Shown: positions 1 to 10,068, numbered from the stretch's first letter. The stretch is 52,190 bases of DNA from Aulosira sp. ZfuVER01 (GCA_034530615.2 JAVRCV020000050.1:1-52190); one strand, 5' to 3'. The notes: generated from the letters alone by a model not told the origin. Program-made: numbers and translations.

Positions 1-63
1 CTCAGTAGTGGCTATTCTCAACTCAGTAGTGGCTTTCCTCAACTCAATAGCGGCTTTCCTAAG
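1..63. repeat. 21-bp tandem repeat array, truncated by the window edge
   Basis: Three consecutive 21-mers: ctcagtagtggctattctcaa / ctcagtagtggctttcctcaa / ctcaatagcggctttcctaag. Confidence 0.85.
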
Positions 64-234
64 TTTCCTACCTCTTGTTTTTGCCTCTTGCCTTTTTAAG
101 ATGAGTAATTCTATACCGAAATATTACTGATATTAGCTGAAAATTGTACGTTCAAAAATTGCTATTTATGCTGAACCAGATTTCGATTTAATTAAGGCAA
201 GCTATGTTGAGAAGTATTTTAAAAGGGCAAATTT

Positions 235-639
235 ATGAGTCACAAAAAACGTAAATCCAGCGTTTTAGAAAAAGTTGAGTCAAGAGCAGCCGGGATGAAA
301 TTGGTCGATCCAACTCTGAAACTGGATGATGATTATAGTCTGGAAAAACTGCTGGAGTCAATGGAACAGTTACGTAATAAACTTGAGGTTCATAATAATG
401 CTCTGTCTTTAGCTGATTCTTCTTTAACTGAAGTTGAGGAGATGGAAAAAAATTTGGCTAAACTTTCTCAAAAAATGCTCATGCTAATTGCTATTAAGTA
501 CGGCAAAGATAGCCCTCAATATGAAACATCGGGTGGTGTTCGAGATAGCGATCGCGTCCGCAAAATGAGGTCGATCCGCTTGAAAAATGTTGCACAACAA
601 GCATCAGATAATACTAAAAGCGCGAGTTTTAGCGAATAG
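235..639 (+). CDS. Conserved hypothetical helical protein
   Basis: 134-aa ORF with a basic N-terminus, a coiled-coil core and the motif KYGKDSPQYETSGGVRDSDR, which I recall from a widespread uncharacterised family in filamentous cyanobacteria. Confidence 0.8.
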   Translation: MSHKKRKSSVLEKVESRAAGMKLVDPTLKLDDDYSLEKLLESMEQLRNKLEVHNNALSLADSSLTEVEEMEKNLAKLSQKMLMLIAIKYGKDSPQYETSGGVRDSDRVRKMRSIRLKNVAQQASDNTKSASFSE

Positions 640-870
640 AATGAGACTGTTGGTCAATTCACGAAGGGTTAAACCCTCTATCCCTAAAAGCTAAGGATAA
701 TATGAGCTTATTTTATTATGGAATATGAACTCTCACCCCTATCCTCTCCCTCTACGCAAACTTGTGTGTACACCGTAGCCCTTAGGGAGAAGGGGAACTG
801 AGCAATGCTAGACTCTTATGACAAATGTTGTTGAAATAGCTGAAAACTGCTGCTGTCTCTGCGTCCTTGA

Positions 871-2181
871 TTACCCCATTTTCTGACATCGCTTTCCCGT
901 CCACTTCTCCCATCGCCCAATTCCTCGGCTAACCAACTCCTCATTCTCATCGCCAATAAAACAAATCCGCCCCATGCGTTCGCAAGTAATCAAAACTTCT
1001 CCATTACCCATAAACGGGGCAATCACAAAATTATTTGGGCTGGTATATAAATTAATTAAGTAATTAACAATTCCTTCAATACCTTCAACATTAATTGCTG
1101 TCTGTGGTTGGGATAGAGAATGACGAGAAAAAATCCCTACATAGATATTTCCTAAGACTAATTCGTATTGAAAAGGCATTTGATTACGCTTGTAAAATTC
1201 GTAAATCTGTCCTTGCGATCGCAGTACCGCTACAACCCGCGCTTCTCCAGCCAAATAATTATGATTCCAAGTTGCGGAAACAGTTGCGATCGCTAACGCT
1301 GCATCTGAGGGTAGCAAGTTCATGAACTCTTGCTGTGCCGTATCGCCACAATACACTAAATGCCGTCCTAGTATCCATTCTTCACCCACTTTGACCTTTG
1401 TCGCTGGGGTGAATGGCTGATACTGGCTTTTCTTAGGCAGTAACTTAGCTTCTTTCTCCGCCACAGCACTTTTGTATGCTAAAGTCTGTAACTCTTTTTG
1501 CTTAATCTTCGCCTCAGCCAAAAGTTTAGCTTGCCTTTGGGCTTCTTGTATATCTCCTTGCGCCTGAGCTAATTCCCCAGCTTGTTGTGCTGCTTCTGCT
1601 ACAGCGCGTTCTTCACTACCTGCTCTTGCTATTTTGAGTAATGCTGTGGGACTTTCTGCGATCGCAGTTCCCTTAATCATCTGTTTGACATCAGGGTGAA
1701 TTCCTTTTGCAATCTGCTTTCCATGCTGAAAGGTGCGCTCGGAGTAACCAGCTTCTTTCGCTAACTCCAAAGTGCGTTTCGGAGGTGGTGAAATCATTTC
1801 ACCACCTTTGAGAGTATGTTGGTTATCTCCCGCTTTCGCCCTTAATCCCATGCGTTCGAGAATTTGATCTCGTTCCAACCACAATTCCGAGCGTTCCAGC
1901 GGTTCTAACTCATTGCGGATCAAATTCTCATCAATCTCTGCCAAACGAGCTTGTTCAGCATATTGGTAAGTGACAATATTACACGCGATCGCATCTAACC
2001 CCAACAGCTTACAAGCCGTTAACCGATGCAATCCCGCAATCAAATTTAGCTTTTGATCCACCGTAATCGGGTTCAACAGACCATTAGCCCTAATTGATTC
2101 CTTCAACTCATCAACCTTATCACCCTTGATTGGACGGCGGTTGGAACCAACAAGAATTTGCTCTATGGGCACAATAGGCAT
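871..2181 (-). CDS. ParB N-terminal domain protein with HTH and degenerate DNA-methyltransferase-like C-terminus (Alr5348-like)
   Basis: ParB motifs GLLNPITV, LIAGLHR and ENLIR; HTH-like LAKEAGYSERTFQ; C-terminal WILGRHLVYCGD...APFMGNG...RWEKWTG; divergent from hgdB as I recall for the Anabaena PCC 7120 hgl island. Confidence 0.8.
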   Translation of the reverse strand: MPIVPIEQILVGSNRRPIKGDKVDELKESIRANGLLNPITVDQKLNLIAGLHRLTACKLLGLDAIACNIVTYQYAEQARLAEIDENLIRNELEPLERSELWLERDQILERMGLRAKAGDNQHTLKGGEMISPPPKRTLELAKEAGYSERTFQHGKQIAKGIHPDVKQMIKGTAIAESPTALLKIARAGSEERAVAEAAQQAGELAQAQGDIQEAQRQAKLLAEAKIKQKELQTLAYKSAVAEKEAKLLPKKSQYQPFTPATKVKVGEEWILGRHLVYCGDTAQQEFMNLLPSDAALAIATVSATWNHNYLAGEARVVAVLRSQGQIYEFYKRNQMPFQYELVLGNIYVGIFSRHSLSQPQTAINVEGIEGIVNYLINLYTSPNNFVIAPFMGNGEVLITCERMGRICFIGDENEELVSRGIGRWEKWTGKRCQKMG

Positions 2182-2245
2182 AATTACTGTTCTTCAGTGC
2201 AACCAGTCAAAACACCAACCATAGCATTAAGATATCAGGAGTCAA

Positions 2246-2360
2246 GGGGAATGGGGCATTGGGCATTTTTCCCTCGTCCCCCTTGTCCCCCTTGTCTCCC
2301 CACACTCCTCTCTGCTCCCCTGCTTCCCATGCCCTATGCCCCATGCCCCATTCCCCAATT
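2246..2360. repeat. STRR-type short tandem repeats in inverted arrangement
   Basis: ggggaat/ggggcat/tgggcat units facing tgcccca/ttcccca units, with ccccttgtc 9-mers between. Confidence 0.75.
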
Positions 2361-2420
2361 TCTGAGAATGTCTTATGGTACACAACTGAGCTAACAATAA
2401 TCCGTTGATAATAGTAGAGT

Positions 2421-2570
2421 CATACCAATTCTTTATGAAGCTGCATAGAATTCGATCCCCCCTAGCCCCCCTTAATAAGGGGGGAACCGGAAGAAATCTA
2501 TCAAAGTCCCCCTTAAAAAGGGGGATTTAGGGGGATCTAGATATGTGCAAATTCACATGAGATTGGTATC
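2421..2570. mobile_element. Nested MITE-like palindromic dispersed repeat
   Basis: Terminal inverted repeat ataccaat...attggtat enclosing gatcccccctagccccccttaataagggggg...cccccttaaaaagggggatttagggggatc; the same core recurs at about 7278-7352. Confidence 0.7.
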
Positions 2571-3145
2571 AGTTGATTAACCATAATATTTGGAAATCAA
2601 ATGAGGAAAATTACTTAATCTATATTACCTATTTCCTCATCATTTTATGAAAGATATTATGGATATTCAACAAAAATTGAGATAGCGAAAACGAGTTGAC
2701 AAGCTAAAAGGTTTTTGCAATACTTTAACAAAGCTTTATCCTAGTTTCTTCAGTCATTTTAATCCGCGCTGCTTGTATTGGAGATTTTGTTGCATTGCAG
2801 GCGCTACTGAATTTTTAGACTACCTAATTCAATGACTGTAAAAGATAAAACCAAGGATGCTTATTAGTATCGCAAATACTAATCTTCTATAATTTTTCAC
2901 TGAATGAAGACCTATTTCCTCCTTGGTGAAATTGGCGCACTGGGCGGTTTGTTTTAAATGCCTCTTCATAGAGATTTAGCCTTCCACTAGTAATCTGTTC
3001 TAGCTACAAAAGCGTAAAAAAAATCACATACAAGTAATCTACTTATCCCATTTTTGGAAATCGAAAAAGTTGGGATAAGCCCAATGTAATCAACAGATAT
3101 AGACCTTTAAGTTATTTCTTGGCATAGCACAATTGGAATGAAAAT

Positions 3146-4345
3146 ATGGCAGTAAACAAAGAAAGTCCATTATTCAAACAGCCCATACAACGGTGGCAAA
3201 TAGTTTTAGGAGTTGCTGTCATCTTTGCTACTGGGCTAGCATCTTTTTACGCTTTATCAACATTATTTCGGTCGAATATTCAAAGTCGCCCAACAAATCC
3301 TCCAAAGACTGCTCCGGCGAAAGTTGCAATCACTGCATTAGGACGTTTACAGCCTCAAGGCGAAATTACTTATTTGTCTGCACCTCATTCCATTAACGGT
3401 GTGCGAGTCGAAAAGCTGTTGATCAAGGAAGGAGACAAGGTACAAGCTGGACAAGTTCTGGCTTACTTAGAAGACTATAATCGCTCTACAACAGCGTTGC
3501 AACAAGCTTTAGACAAACTGCAAGTTGCTAAAGCCCAATTAGCCCAAGTAAAATCTGGTGCTAAAACCGGAGATATCGATGCCCAAAAAGCGACGATCGC
3601 AAGTTTACAGTCACAATTAAAAGGAGACGTTGCAACCCAACAAGCAACCATCGCACGTCTCCAGGCTCAGGTAGAAAATGCTCAAACCGAGAATAATCGC
3701 TATCAGCAATTATATAAACAAGGTGCGATCGCAGCTTCTGTAGGAGATAGCAAAGCGCTGCAACTCAAAACCGCACAACAACAGCTTGCAGAAGCTCAAG
3801 CCACCCTCAAGCGCACTCAAGACACACTCCAAAGCCAAATTAAACAAGCAAAATCGCAACTCGACAGTGTTAGCGAAGTCCGGACTGTAGATGTAGAGTT
3901 AGCACAAACCCAAGTCAGAAGTGCCACAACTGCGGTTAAACAAGCAAAAGCCGATCAAGATTTAACTTACATTAAATCTCCCATTAACGGCACAATTTTG
4001 AAAGTTCACGCCAGAACAGGCGAGGTAATTGCTACTTCCGGCTTTGCTGAGATAGGTAATATCTCGCAAATGTATGTAGTTGCAGAAGTTTACCAAACCG
4101 ATATTCAAAAAGTGCGTAAAGGTCAAAAAGTGACTATTACCAGCCCAGCAATTGTCGGAAAATTGCAGGGAACCGTTGAAGAAGTGGGTTGGCAAGTTGA
4201 CAAGCAAAGCATCTTTAGCCTTAACCCTGGAGCAGACACCGATCGCAAAATTGTAGAAGTAAAAATCTGCATAGACAATCCAGCTGATAGTGCAAAAGTT
4301 TCACGACTCACTAACTTACAAGTGGATGTTGCGATTCATATTTAG
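3146..4345 (+). CDS. hgdB: DevB-family ABC exporter membrane fusion protein (heterocyst glycolipid deposition)
   Basis: N-terminal TM, ALGRLQPQGE, lipoyl halves flanking a long coiled coil, C-terminal LTNLQVDVAI; first gene of the hgdBCA-hglT cluster. Confidence 0.85.
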   Translation: MAVNKESPLFKQPIQRWQIVLGVAVIFATGLASFYALSTLFRSNIQSRPTNPPKTAPAKVAITALGRLQPQGEITYLSAPHSINGVRVEKLLIKEGDKVQAGQVLAYLEDYNRSTTALQQALDKLQVAKAQLAQVKSGAKTGDIDAQKATIASLQSQLKGDVATQQATIARLQAQVENAQTENNRYQQLYKQGAIAASVGDSKALQLKTAQQQLAEAQATLKRTQDTLQSQIKQAKSQLDSVSEVRTVDVELAQTQVRSATTAVKQAKADQDLTYIKSPINGTILKVHARTGEVIATSGFAEIGNISQMYVVAEVYQTDIQKVRKGQKVTITSPAIVGKLQGTVEEVGWQVDKQSIFSLNPGADTDRKIVEVKICIDNPADSAKVSRLTNLQVDVAIHI

Positions 4346-4413
4346 GTAAAAGTCAAGGGTCATTAAATGAAGAACAAATGGCCACTGACAACTAACACTT
4401 AAGAAATAAATTC

Positions 4414-5592
4414 ATGAATTTTAAAATTCCTTTAGCATGGCTACAGCTAGTCCAGCAAAAAGTTCGTTTTCTGGTAGCTGTAGCGGGGATTGCTTTTATT
4501 GTGCTGCTGATGTTTATTCAGCTAGGTTTCCAAGACGCACTTTATTCTAGTGCTACCGCAGTACATCAAAGTTTGCGCGGAGATTTGTTTTTAGTTAGCT
4601 CTCAATACAAATCTTTGACCTCAAATCAAAGCTTTTCTCGGACTCGTTTATATCAAGCCTTGGGGTTTGATGGTGTTGAGTCAGTTAGCCCCATGTATTT
4701 GCAATTTGCTAAATTAAAGAACCCTGTAACAAGTGAAAAATATTCAATCTATGTTATTGGGTTTGACCCCGGAAGATCGATTTTAAATATTCCAGAAGTT
4801 GAGGAAAATTTAGATAAACTCAAAATTCCGGATATGATGCTTTTTGACCGGGATTCACGCCCGGAGTTTGGGCCGATTGCAGAAAGATTTGACCAAGGTA
4901 ATACTGAACAAACAGTTGAAATATTTCCCTTTAATTCATTAATTGGTTATCGAGTCAGAGTTGGGGGCTTATTCAGTTTGGGGCCTTCCTTTGGTGTAGA
5001 TGGTAATTTAATTGTTAGTGACTCAACTTTTCTGCGCATAAATCCTAATACCCGCCCTGCAGAAATGATAGACGTAGGTGTAGTTACCTTAAAACCTGGT
5101 ACGGATGCAAACAAGGTTCTGAAAAGTTTACAAGCTTCACTACCTAATGATGTCCAAGTTTTTACCTATGAAGGTTTTATTGATTTTGAGAAACAATATT
5201 GGGCTATCAGAACACCAATCGGTTTTATTCTTAGCCTAATGCTCACAATGGCTTCTGTTGTAGGTGTCGTAATTGTTTATCAAATTCTCTACAGCAACAT
5301 TGCTACACAATTTGTGGCTTATGCAACCTTAAAAGCTATGGGCTACGCCAATAGATACTTATTAAATGTGGTTTTTCAACAAGCTTTAGTATTGGCAATT
5401 GTAAGTTTTATCCCCGGATTTATTTTATCTGTGCTGCTCTACGATTTTGCCATGAAAGCCACTAAGCTGCCAATCATGATGACCTTTAATAATGCCTTAC
5501 TGGTCTTAGTTTCAGCAGTTTTAATGTGTTTAACTTCCGGGTCCCTTGCTATCAATAAACTCCGTTCCGCAGACCCGGCTGATATTTTCTAA
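4414..5592 (+). CDS. hgdC: DevC-family ABC exporter permease
   Basis: IPLAWLQL start, MFIQLGFQDALY, YATLKAMGY and KLRSADPADIF end typical of DevC; synteny with hgdB and hgdA. Confidence 0.85.
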   Translation: MNFKIPLAWLQLVQQKVRFLVAVAGIAFIVLLMFIQLGFQDALYSSATAVHQSLRGDLFLVSSQYKSLTSNQSFSRTRLYQALGFDGVESVSPMYLQFAKLKNPVTSEKYSIYVIGFDPGRSILNIPEVEENLDKLKIPDMMLFDRDSRPEFGPIAERFDQGNTEQTVEIFPFNSLIGYRVRVGGLFSLGPSFGVDGNLIVSDSTFLRINPNTRPAEMIDVGVVTLKPGTDANKVLKSLQASLPNDVQVFTYEGFIDFEKQYWAIRTPIGFILSLMLTMASVVGVVIVYQILYSNIATQFVAYATLKAMGYANRYLLNVVFQQALVLAIVSFIPGFILSVLLYDFAMKATKLPIMMTFNNALLVLVSAVLMCLTSGSLAINKLRSADPADIF

Positions 5593-5627
5593 TTCTTCTT
5601 ACAACTCAAATCAATCATCTCTGCTTT

Positions 5628-6632
5628 ATGAACCTCGAAAACAAAACTCTCCTAATCACCGGAATTGACGAATTCATCGGTTGGCGTGCGGCTGAGTTAG
5701 CCATAGCAAAAGGAATGAAAGTTAGAGGACTGCAAAGTTCTACTGTTCAGGATAAAAAAGCGCAAAACTTAGGCGTTGAGGTGATTGTTGGTAATATTAA
5801 CGATGCCAAGATTGCTCAAAAAGCTTGTGAGGGAGTAGACATCGTTTTACATACGGCTCAACTTGCGCAAGAAGCTGGCGCACTCAAAGATTTTCGGGAA
5901 ATTAATGTTGATGGAACCATCACTATGGCGAAAGCTGCCAAAAGTGCTGGTGTCAAAACTTTTGTGCATCTTTCTAGTGTATTAGTTTATGGGTTTGATT
6001 ATAGCGATCGCGTCACAGAATCCGAAGCCTTAGCTGAAGAAAAGAACCCATACTGTCAAACCAAAATTGAAGCTGAATTAGCAGTACTACCACTAAATAA
6101 TCCCCCAGATTTTGGCGTTATTGTAATTCGAGCAGGTGATGTTTACGGGCCAGGATGTATCCCTTGGGTAGCACGCCCGGTTCATTTTATGCGCCAAAAG
6201 TTATTTGCTTATGCTAGTGATGAACACGGTGTCATCAATCATGTATATGTAGATAACTTGATTGATGCTATTTTCCTAGCCATCGAAAAAGAAACCTACG
6301 GAGAAATATTTAATATTACAGACGGCGAACAAACTTCTTGGAAAGAGTATTTTACACGTTTAGCCGAAATATCTGGTTCACCTGCACCCATGTCTCTAGG
6401 AAAAGATGAAATCAAACTATTTCTAAAACTGCGTGTTCAAGGACAAAAGCTATTTCGCAAGAAAGCTGATATTCTGCCAGAGTCTATAGATTTTATGACT
6501 CGTCCCTACGCTTGTTCTATTGCAAAAGCCCAAAGTTCATTAAATTATACACCTAAAATTGACCTAGAAAAGGGATTGCAAATTACACAAGAATGGCTAG
6601 AAAAAACGGATATCCAAACTCTGATGAAATAG
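5628..6632 (+). CDS. hgdA: NAD-dependent epimerase/dehydratase (extended SDR)
   Basis: LITGIDEFIG Rossmann-like start, YCQTK catalytic motif, RAGDVYGPG; directly follows hgdC. Confidence 0.8.
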   Translation: MNLENKTLLITGIDEFIGWRAAELAIAKGMKVRGLQSSTVQDKKAQNLGVEVIVGNINDAKIAQKACEGVDIVLHTAQLAQEAGALKDFREINVDGTITMAKAAKSAGVKTFVHLSSVLVYGFDYSDRVTESEALAEEKNPYCQTKIEAELAVLPLNNPPDFGVIVIRAGDVYGPGCIPWVARPVHFMRQKLFAYASDEHGVINHVYVDNLIDAIFLAIEKETYGEIFNITDGEQTSWKEYFTRLAEISGSPAPMSLGKDEIKLFLKLRVQGQKLFRKKADILPESIDFMTRPYACSIAKAQSSLNYTPKIDLEKGLQITQEWLEKTDIQTLMK

Positions 6633-6730
6633 TCTAGTTAGTTTTCTTTGTGTCTTTGTGGTTATTCTATCATCTGCCTCTTCCCTCTTCAATCATCAAT
6701 TATTTTAGTGTTTGTAGGAAACTAGTAATA

Positions 6731-7204
6731 ATGTTGAAACTGCCTAGAATTTCCGCATTAATTATTGCTGCATTAACAAGCATCAGCACCATTAAAATGG
6801 TAGATGCTGCACCTGCGGAAACCCTAACTGTTGTAGTTAATGGTATCCGCAGTCAAAAGGGTGAAATTTGCATCGGAGTTTACTCTCAAGACAAAGCAAA
6901 AGCATTTCCTTTAAATACTTCTAATGTATTGCAAAGTGCTTGCAATAAAATCACAGGTAGCACTTTAAAACACCAGTTTGTTGGCTTAAAACCAGGTAAT
7001 TACGCTGTTGCTATAGTTGACGATCAAAATGGCGATCGCAAACTCAATCGCGACTTTTTCGGTATTCCCACAGAAGGTTTTGGTATTTCCAAAAATCCCA
7101 CTGTATCCATACAAACTGGTACACCCAAATTTCGTGATGCTAGTTTTGCGGTGAATAAAAATACCACCATTAACATCACCGTAAAATATTCCCTCGACCC
7201 CTAA
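6731..7204 (+). CDS. DUF2141 family exported protein (All5344-like)
   Basis: Signal peptide and PGNYAVAIVDDQNGDRKLNRDFFGIPTEGFGISKNP motif; ATG at 6731 preferred over the upstream GTG at 6650. Confidence 0.85.
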   Translation: MLKLPRISALIIAALTSISTIKMVDAAPAETLTVVVNGIRSQKGEICIGVYSQDKAKAFPLNTSNVLQSACNKITGSTLKHQFVGLKPGNYAVAIVDDQNGDRKLNRDFFGIPTEGFGISKNPTVSIQTGTPKFRDASFAVNKNTTINITVKYSLDP

Positions 7205-7230
7205 TTCAGTCAAGGGCGGGAAAATCGCGC

Positions 7231-7397
7231 TTAGAGGTTGTTTTAAAAGTGGTTAGCTGTGATTTTAGATACTAATTGATCCCCCCTACCCCCTTAAAAA
7301 GAGGGAAAACTGAATCAAAGTCCCCCTTAAAAAGGGGGATTTAGGGGGATCTAAAAGTATTTGGTACATCATTAGGGACTTTTCAAACATCCTCTTA
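7231..7397. mobile_element. Nested MITE-like palindromic dispersed repeat
   Basis: Inverted ends agaggttgttttaaaagt...acttttcaaacatcctct around the same gatccccc...gggggatc core as 2421-2570; it interrupts a gggcggg...gccccta element. Confidence 0.7.
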
Positions 7398-7438
7398 AGG
7401 GCGGGGAAACCCTGCCCCTACAGGAGGCTCTACAATTA

Positions 7439-8668
7439 ATGCCAGATTTGGATAAATTTCTGTGTAACTCGTTGCTGAGTTGGCTGGCTATTCAAGTATG
7501 TTTAACTCTGGTGTTTCTATTATCTCTGCATTCAAGCCAGAAAAACTTGTTACCAGATGACCAGTTACCCAAAACTGCGGTGATTCTTTGTCTGCGGGGA
7601 GCCGATCCTTATCTTAGACAATGCTTACGCGCCCTGTTGCAACAGAATTACCCCCAATATGAACTAAAAGTTGTAGTCGATCACCAAGACGATCCAGCTT
7701 GGAACATTGCTATTGAGACAATCGAAGAACTAGGCACAACTAACGTTGAAATTAGCTCTTTGCGCAATGTGCGCAATAATTGTAGTCTCAAGTGCAGTTC
7801 CGTAGTGCAAGCTGTCTCAGAATTGGATGATTCCTACACGATAGTTGCCTTGGTAGATAGCCATACTGTAGTCCATCGGAATTGGCTGCGGGAATTAGTC
7901 AACCCCCTAACTCATCCCAAGGTGGGAGCCACAACTGGTGGCCCTTGGTACTTACCAACAGGTAAATATTGGTGGTCTTTAGTACCTTATATCAGCAACG
8001 TATCCTTAGTTATACAGAAGTATCTGTTCGGGATACCTTGGGGTGGGAGCTTGGCTATCAAAACAGAAGTACTTCGCCAGACAGGACTTCTAAATAAATG
8101 GAGTCTAGCTTTGTGCGAAGATATCATGATTGGTAGCATCTTACGCAAACATAGGCTGCGGGTAAAATTTGTACCTTCACTGTTAATGGTAAATCGGGAA
8201 GAGTGCGATTTACCTAGTTTAAGAGATCAGATTCAGCGTCAACTTATCTGTTCTCGATTTTATCATCCGCAACCAACGGCAATTATTGGCGATACTTTTT
8301 CCAGCATAGTACAACCGACTCTAGTATTAATGTGTTTGCTATGGGCGCTGTTCACTTCGCAATGGGAGAATTTCGCGCTGTTGTTGGGATGTTATGTCAG
8401 CTATACCGTGGGCTTGCTCTGGCTAATGCTAATTTTAGAGCAAGGAGTACAGCAAAATACACGCGATCGCAATCAACCACGCGCACAAATTTCCTTTACC
8501 ACAATCCTCAAATTGCTAATTGGAATTCCCCTAACTCAATGGATATATGGGTTAGGGCTGTTTTCTACTCTGGGAATGTCTACAGTCAAATGGCGTGGTG
8601 TCAGCTATCGCATCTCCGGCCCTTGGAATATTCGCTTAGAAGAGTATAAGCCGTATCGAGGGGGATGA
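7439..8668 (+). CDS. Glycosyltransferase family 2 (ceramide glucosyltransferase-like), All5343-like
   Basis: LCLRGADP, CSLKCSS, PWGG and WRG motifs; colinear paralogue of 8809-10068. Confidence 0.85.
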   Translation: MPDLDKFLCNSLLSWLAIQVCLTLVFLLSLHSSQKNLLPDDQLPKTAVILCLRGADPYLRQCLRALLQQNYPQYELKVVVDHQDDPAWNIAIETIEELGTTNVEISSLRNVRNNCSLKCSSVVQAVSELDDSYTIVALVDSHTVVHRNWLRELVNPLTHPKVGATTGGPWYLPTGKYWWSLVPYISNVSLVIQKYLFGIPWGGSLAIKTEVLRQTGLLNKWSLALCEDIMIGSILRKHRLRVKFVPSLLMVNREECDLPSLRDQIQRQLICSRFYHPQPTAIIGDTFSSIVQPTLVLMCLLWALFTSQWENFALLLGCYVSYTVGLLWLMLILEQGVQQNTRDRNQPRAQISFTTILKLLIGIPLTQWIYGLGLFSTLGMSTVKWRGVSYRISGPWNIRLEEYKPYRGG

Positions 8669-8808
8669 GGGGAGTGTGGGGAGGGTGGGGAGACAAGGGA
8701 GACAAGGGAAAAATGACCAATGCCCAATGCCCCATGCCCAATTTCATGAAATCTGCTGCGTAAATCCTAAAATCCGGCACTTTCATGGAATTTTATAGGT
8801 GATAAAGC

Positions 8809-10068
8809 ATGAACGATTGGGCGGTGTTGCTTTCTCAGGTTTTGCTGGGTTGGCTGGCCATTCAAGTCTTGTTAATTCTGATCTTTGTCTGGAATCTGCG
8901 TTTTCAGCAGGGTAAATTATTACCAGATGACAAGTTACCCAAAACTGCGATCGTTCTTTGCTTGAGGGGTGCAGATCCTTTTCTGCCTAACTGTTTGCGT
9001 GCTTTATTAAATCAGAACTATCCTCAGTACGATCTAAAGCTGATTGTTGATCGTCAGGAAGATCCAGCTTGGAAAATTGCTACTGATACCATCCAAGAAC
9101 TAGGCGCAACTAACGTTCAAATTAGCCCTTTGTGGTTCATCCGCAAAAGTTGTAGCTTGAAATGCAGTTCTCTGGTGCAAGCAGTATCAGAGTTAGACGA
9201 TTCTTATCAGGTAGTTGCTTTAGTAGATGCTGATACAGTTGTTCATCCTAATTGGCTGCGTGAATTAGTCAGTCCTTTAGCCAACCCCCAAATTGGGGCG
9301 ACAACAGGTAATCGTTGGTACTTACCCACAGGTAAATATTGCGGTTCTTTAGTGCGGTACATCTGGAACGTATCCGCAGTTGTGCAGATGTATCTTTACG
9401 GGATTCCTTGGGGTGGAACTCTCGCTGTTAAAACAGAAGTGCTGCATCAAACAGGACTTTTGGATAAGTGGAGTAAAGCTTTTGGCGAAGATACTATGAT
9501 GCGTAGCGTCTTGGGGAAAAATAAGTTCCAGGTGAAATTTGTACCTTCCTTAATGATGCTCAATCGGGAAGAATCAGATTTACCCAGCTTAAGATACTGG
9601 CTCCAGCGACAACTACTCGCTTCTCGACTGTATCATCCTTGGTGGTTGGCTGTAGTTGGTGACACAATTTTAACCATATTCATCCCAACTGCGATCGCTC
9701 TGTTATTTTTAGCCGCCTTACTCACCAAACAATGGCATACCGCCTTCTTCTGCTTTAGCTGCTATAGCGGCTATATGCTAGCACTACTCTTGCTTGTACT
9801 TGTCTTAGAAAAAGAAATGCAGCAAGTAATTCGCCGTCATGGTGAACCAGAAACTAAATTATCAACTACCACAATCATCAAACTGTTCCTTGGCCTTCCC
9901 TTTACCCAATGGGTTTATGGATTAGCAATGCTATCATCCCTGTGGATGCCAAAAGTCAAATGGCGTGGAGTCACTTATGAAATTAAAGGCCCTTGGAACC
10001 TGCGACTCATGGATTACCGCCCTTACCAAATGTTAGATCAACCAAGCGATCGCAAACTCTCCCTTTAA
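8809..10068 (+). CDS. Glycosyltransferase family 2 (ceramide glucosyltransferase-like), All5342-like
   Basis: DAD motif, TGNRWY, GED and WRG motifs, C-terminal TM helices. Confidence 0.88.
   Translation: MNDWAVLLSQVLLGWLAIQVLLILIFVWNLRFQQGKLLPDDKLPKTAIVLCLRGADPFLPNCLRALLNQNYPQYDLKLIVDRQEDPAWKIATDTIQELGATNVQISPLWFIRKSCSLKCSSLVQAVSELDDSYQVVALVDADTVVHPNWLRELVSPLANPQIGATTGNRWYLPTGKYCGSLVRYIWNVSAVVQMYLYGIPWGGTLAVKTEVLHQTGLLDKWSKAFGEDTMMRSVLGKNKFQVKFVPSLMMLNREESDLPSLRYWLQRQLLASRLYHPWWLAVVGDTILTIFIPTAIALLFLAALLTKQWHTAFFCFSCYSGYMLALLLLVLVLEKEMQQVIRRHGEPETKLSTTTIIKLFLGLPFTQWVYGLAMLSSLWMPKVKWRGVTYEIKGPWNLRLMDYRPYQMLDQPSDRKLSL

Noticed and set aside
2158..2394. 78-aa proline-rich ORF
   Set aside because: It is the translation of STRR repeats and overlaps the start of the ParB-like gene on the opposite strand.
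2580..3145. NtcA (GTA-N8-TAC) or DIF1 (TCCGGA) sites upstream of hgdB
   Set aside because: Only imperfect matches were seen by eye, not distinguishable from chance in AT-rich DNA.
3146..5592. ABC exporter lacking an adjacent ATPase gene
   Set aside because: Expected for hgdBC, which as I recall has no linked DevA-type ATPase in the model strain either.
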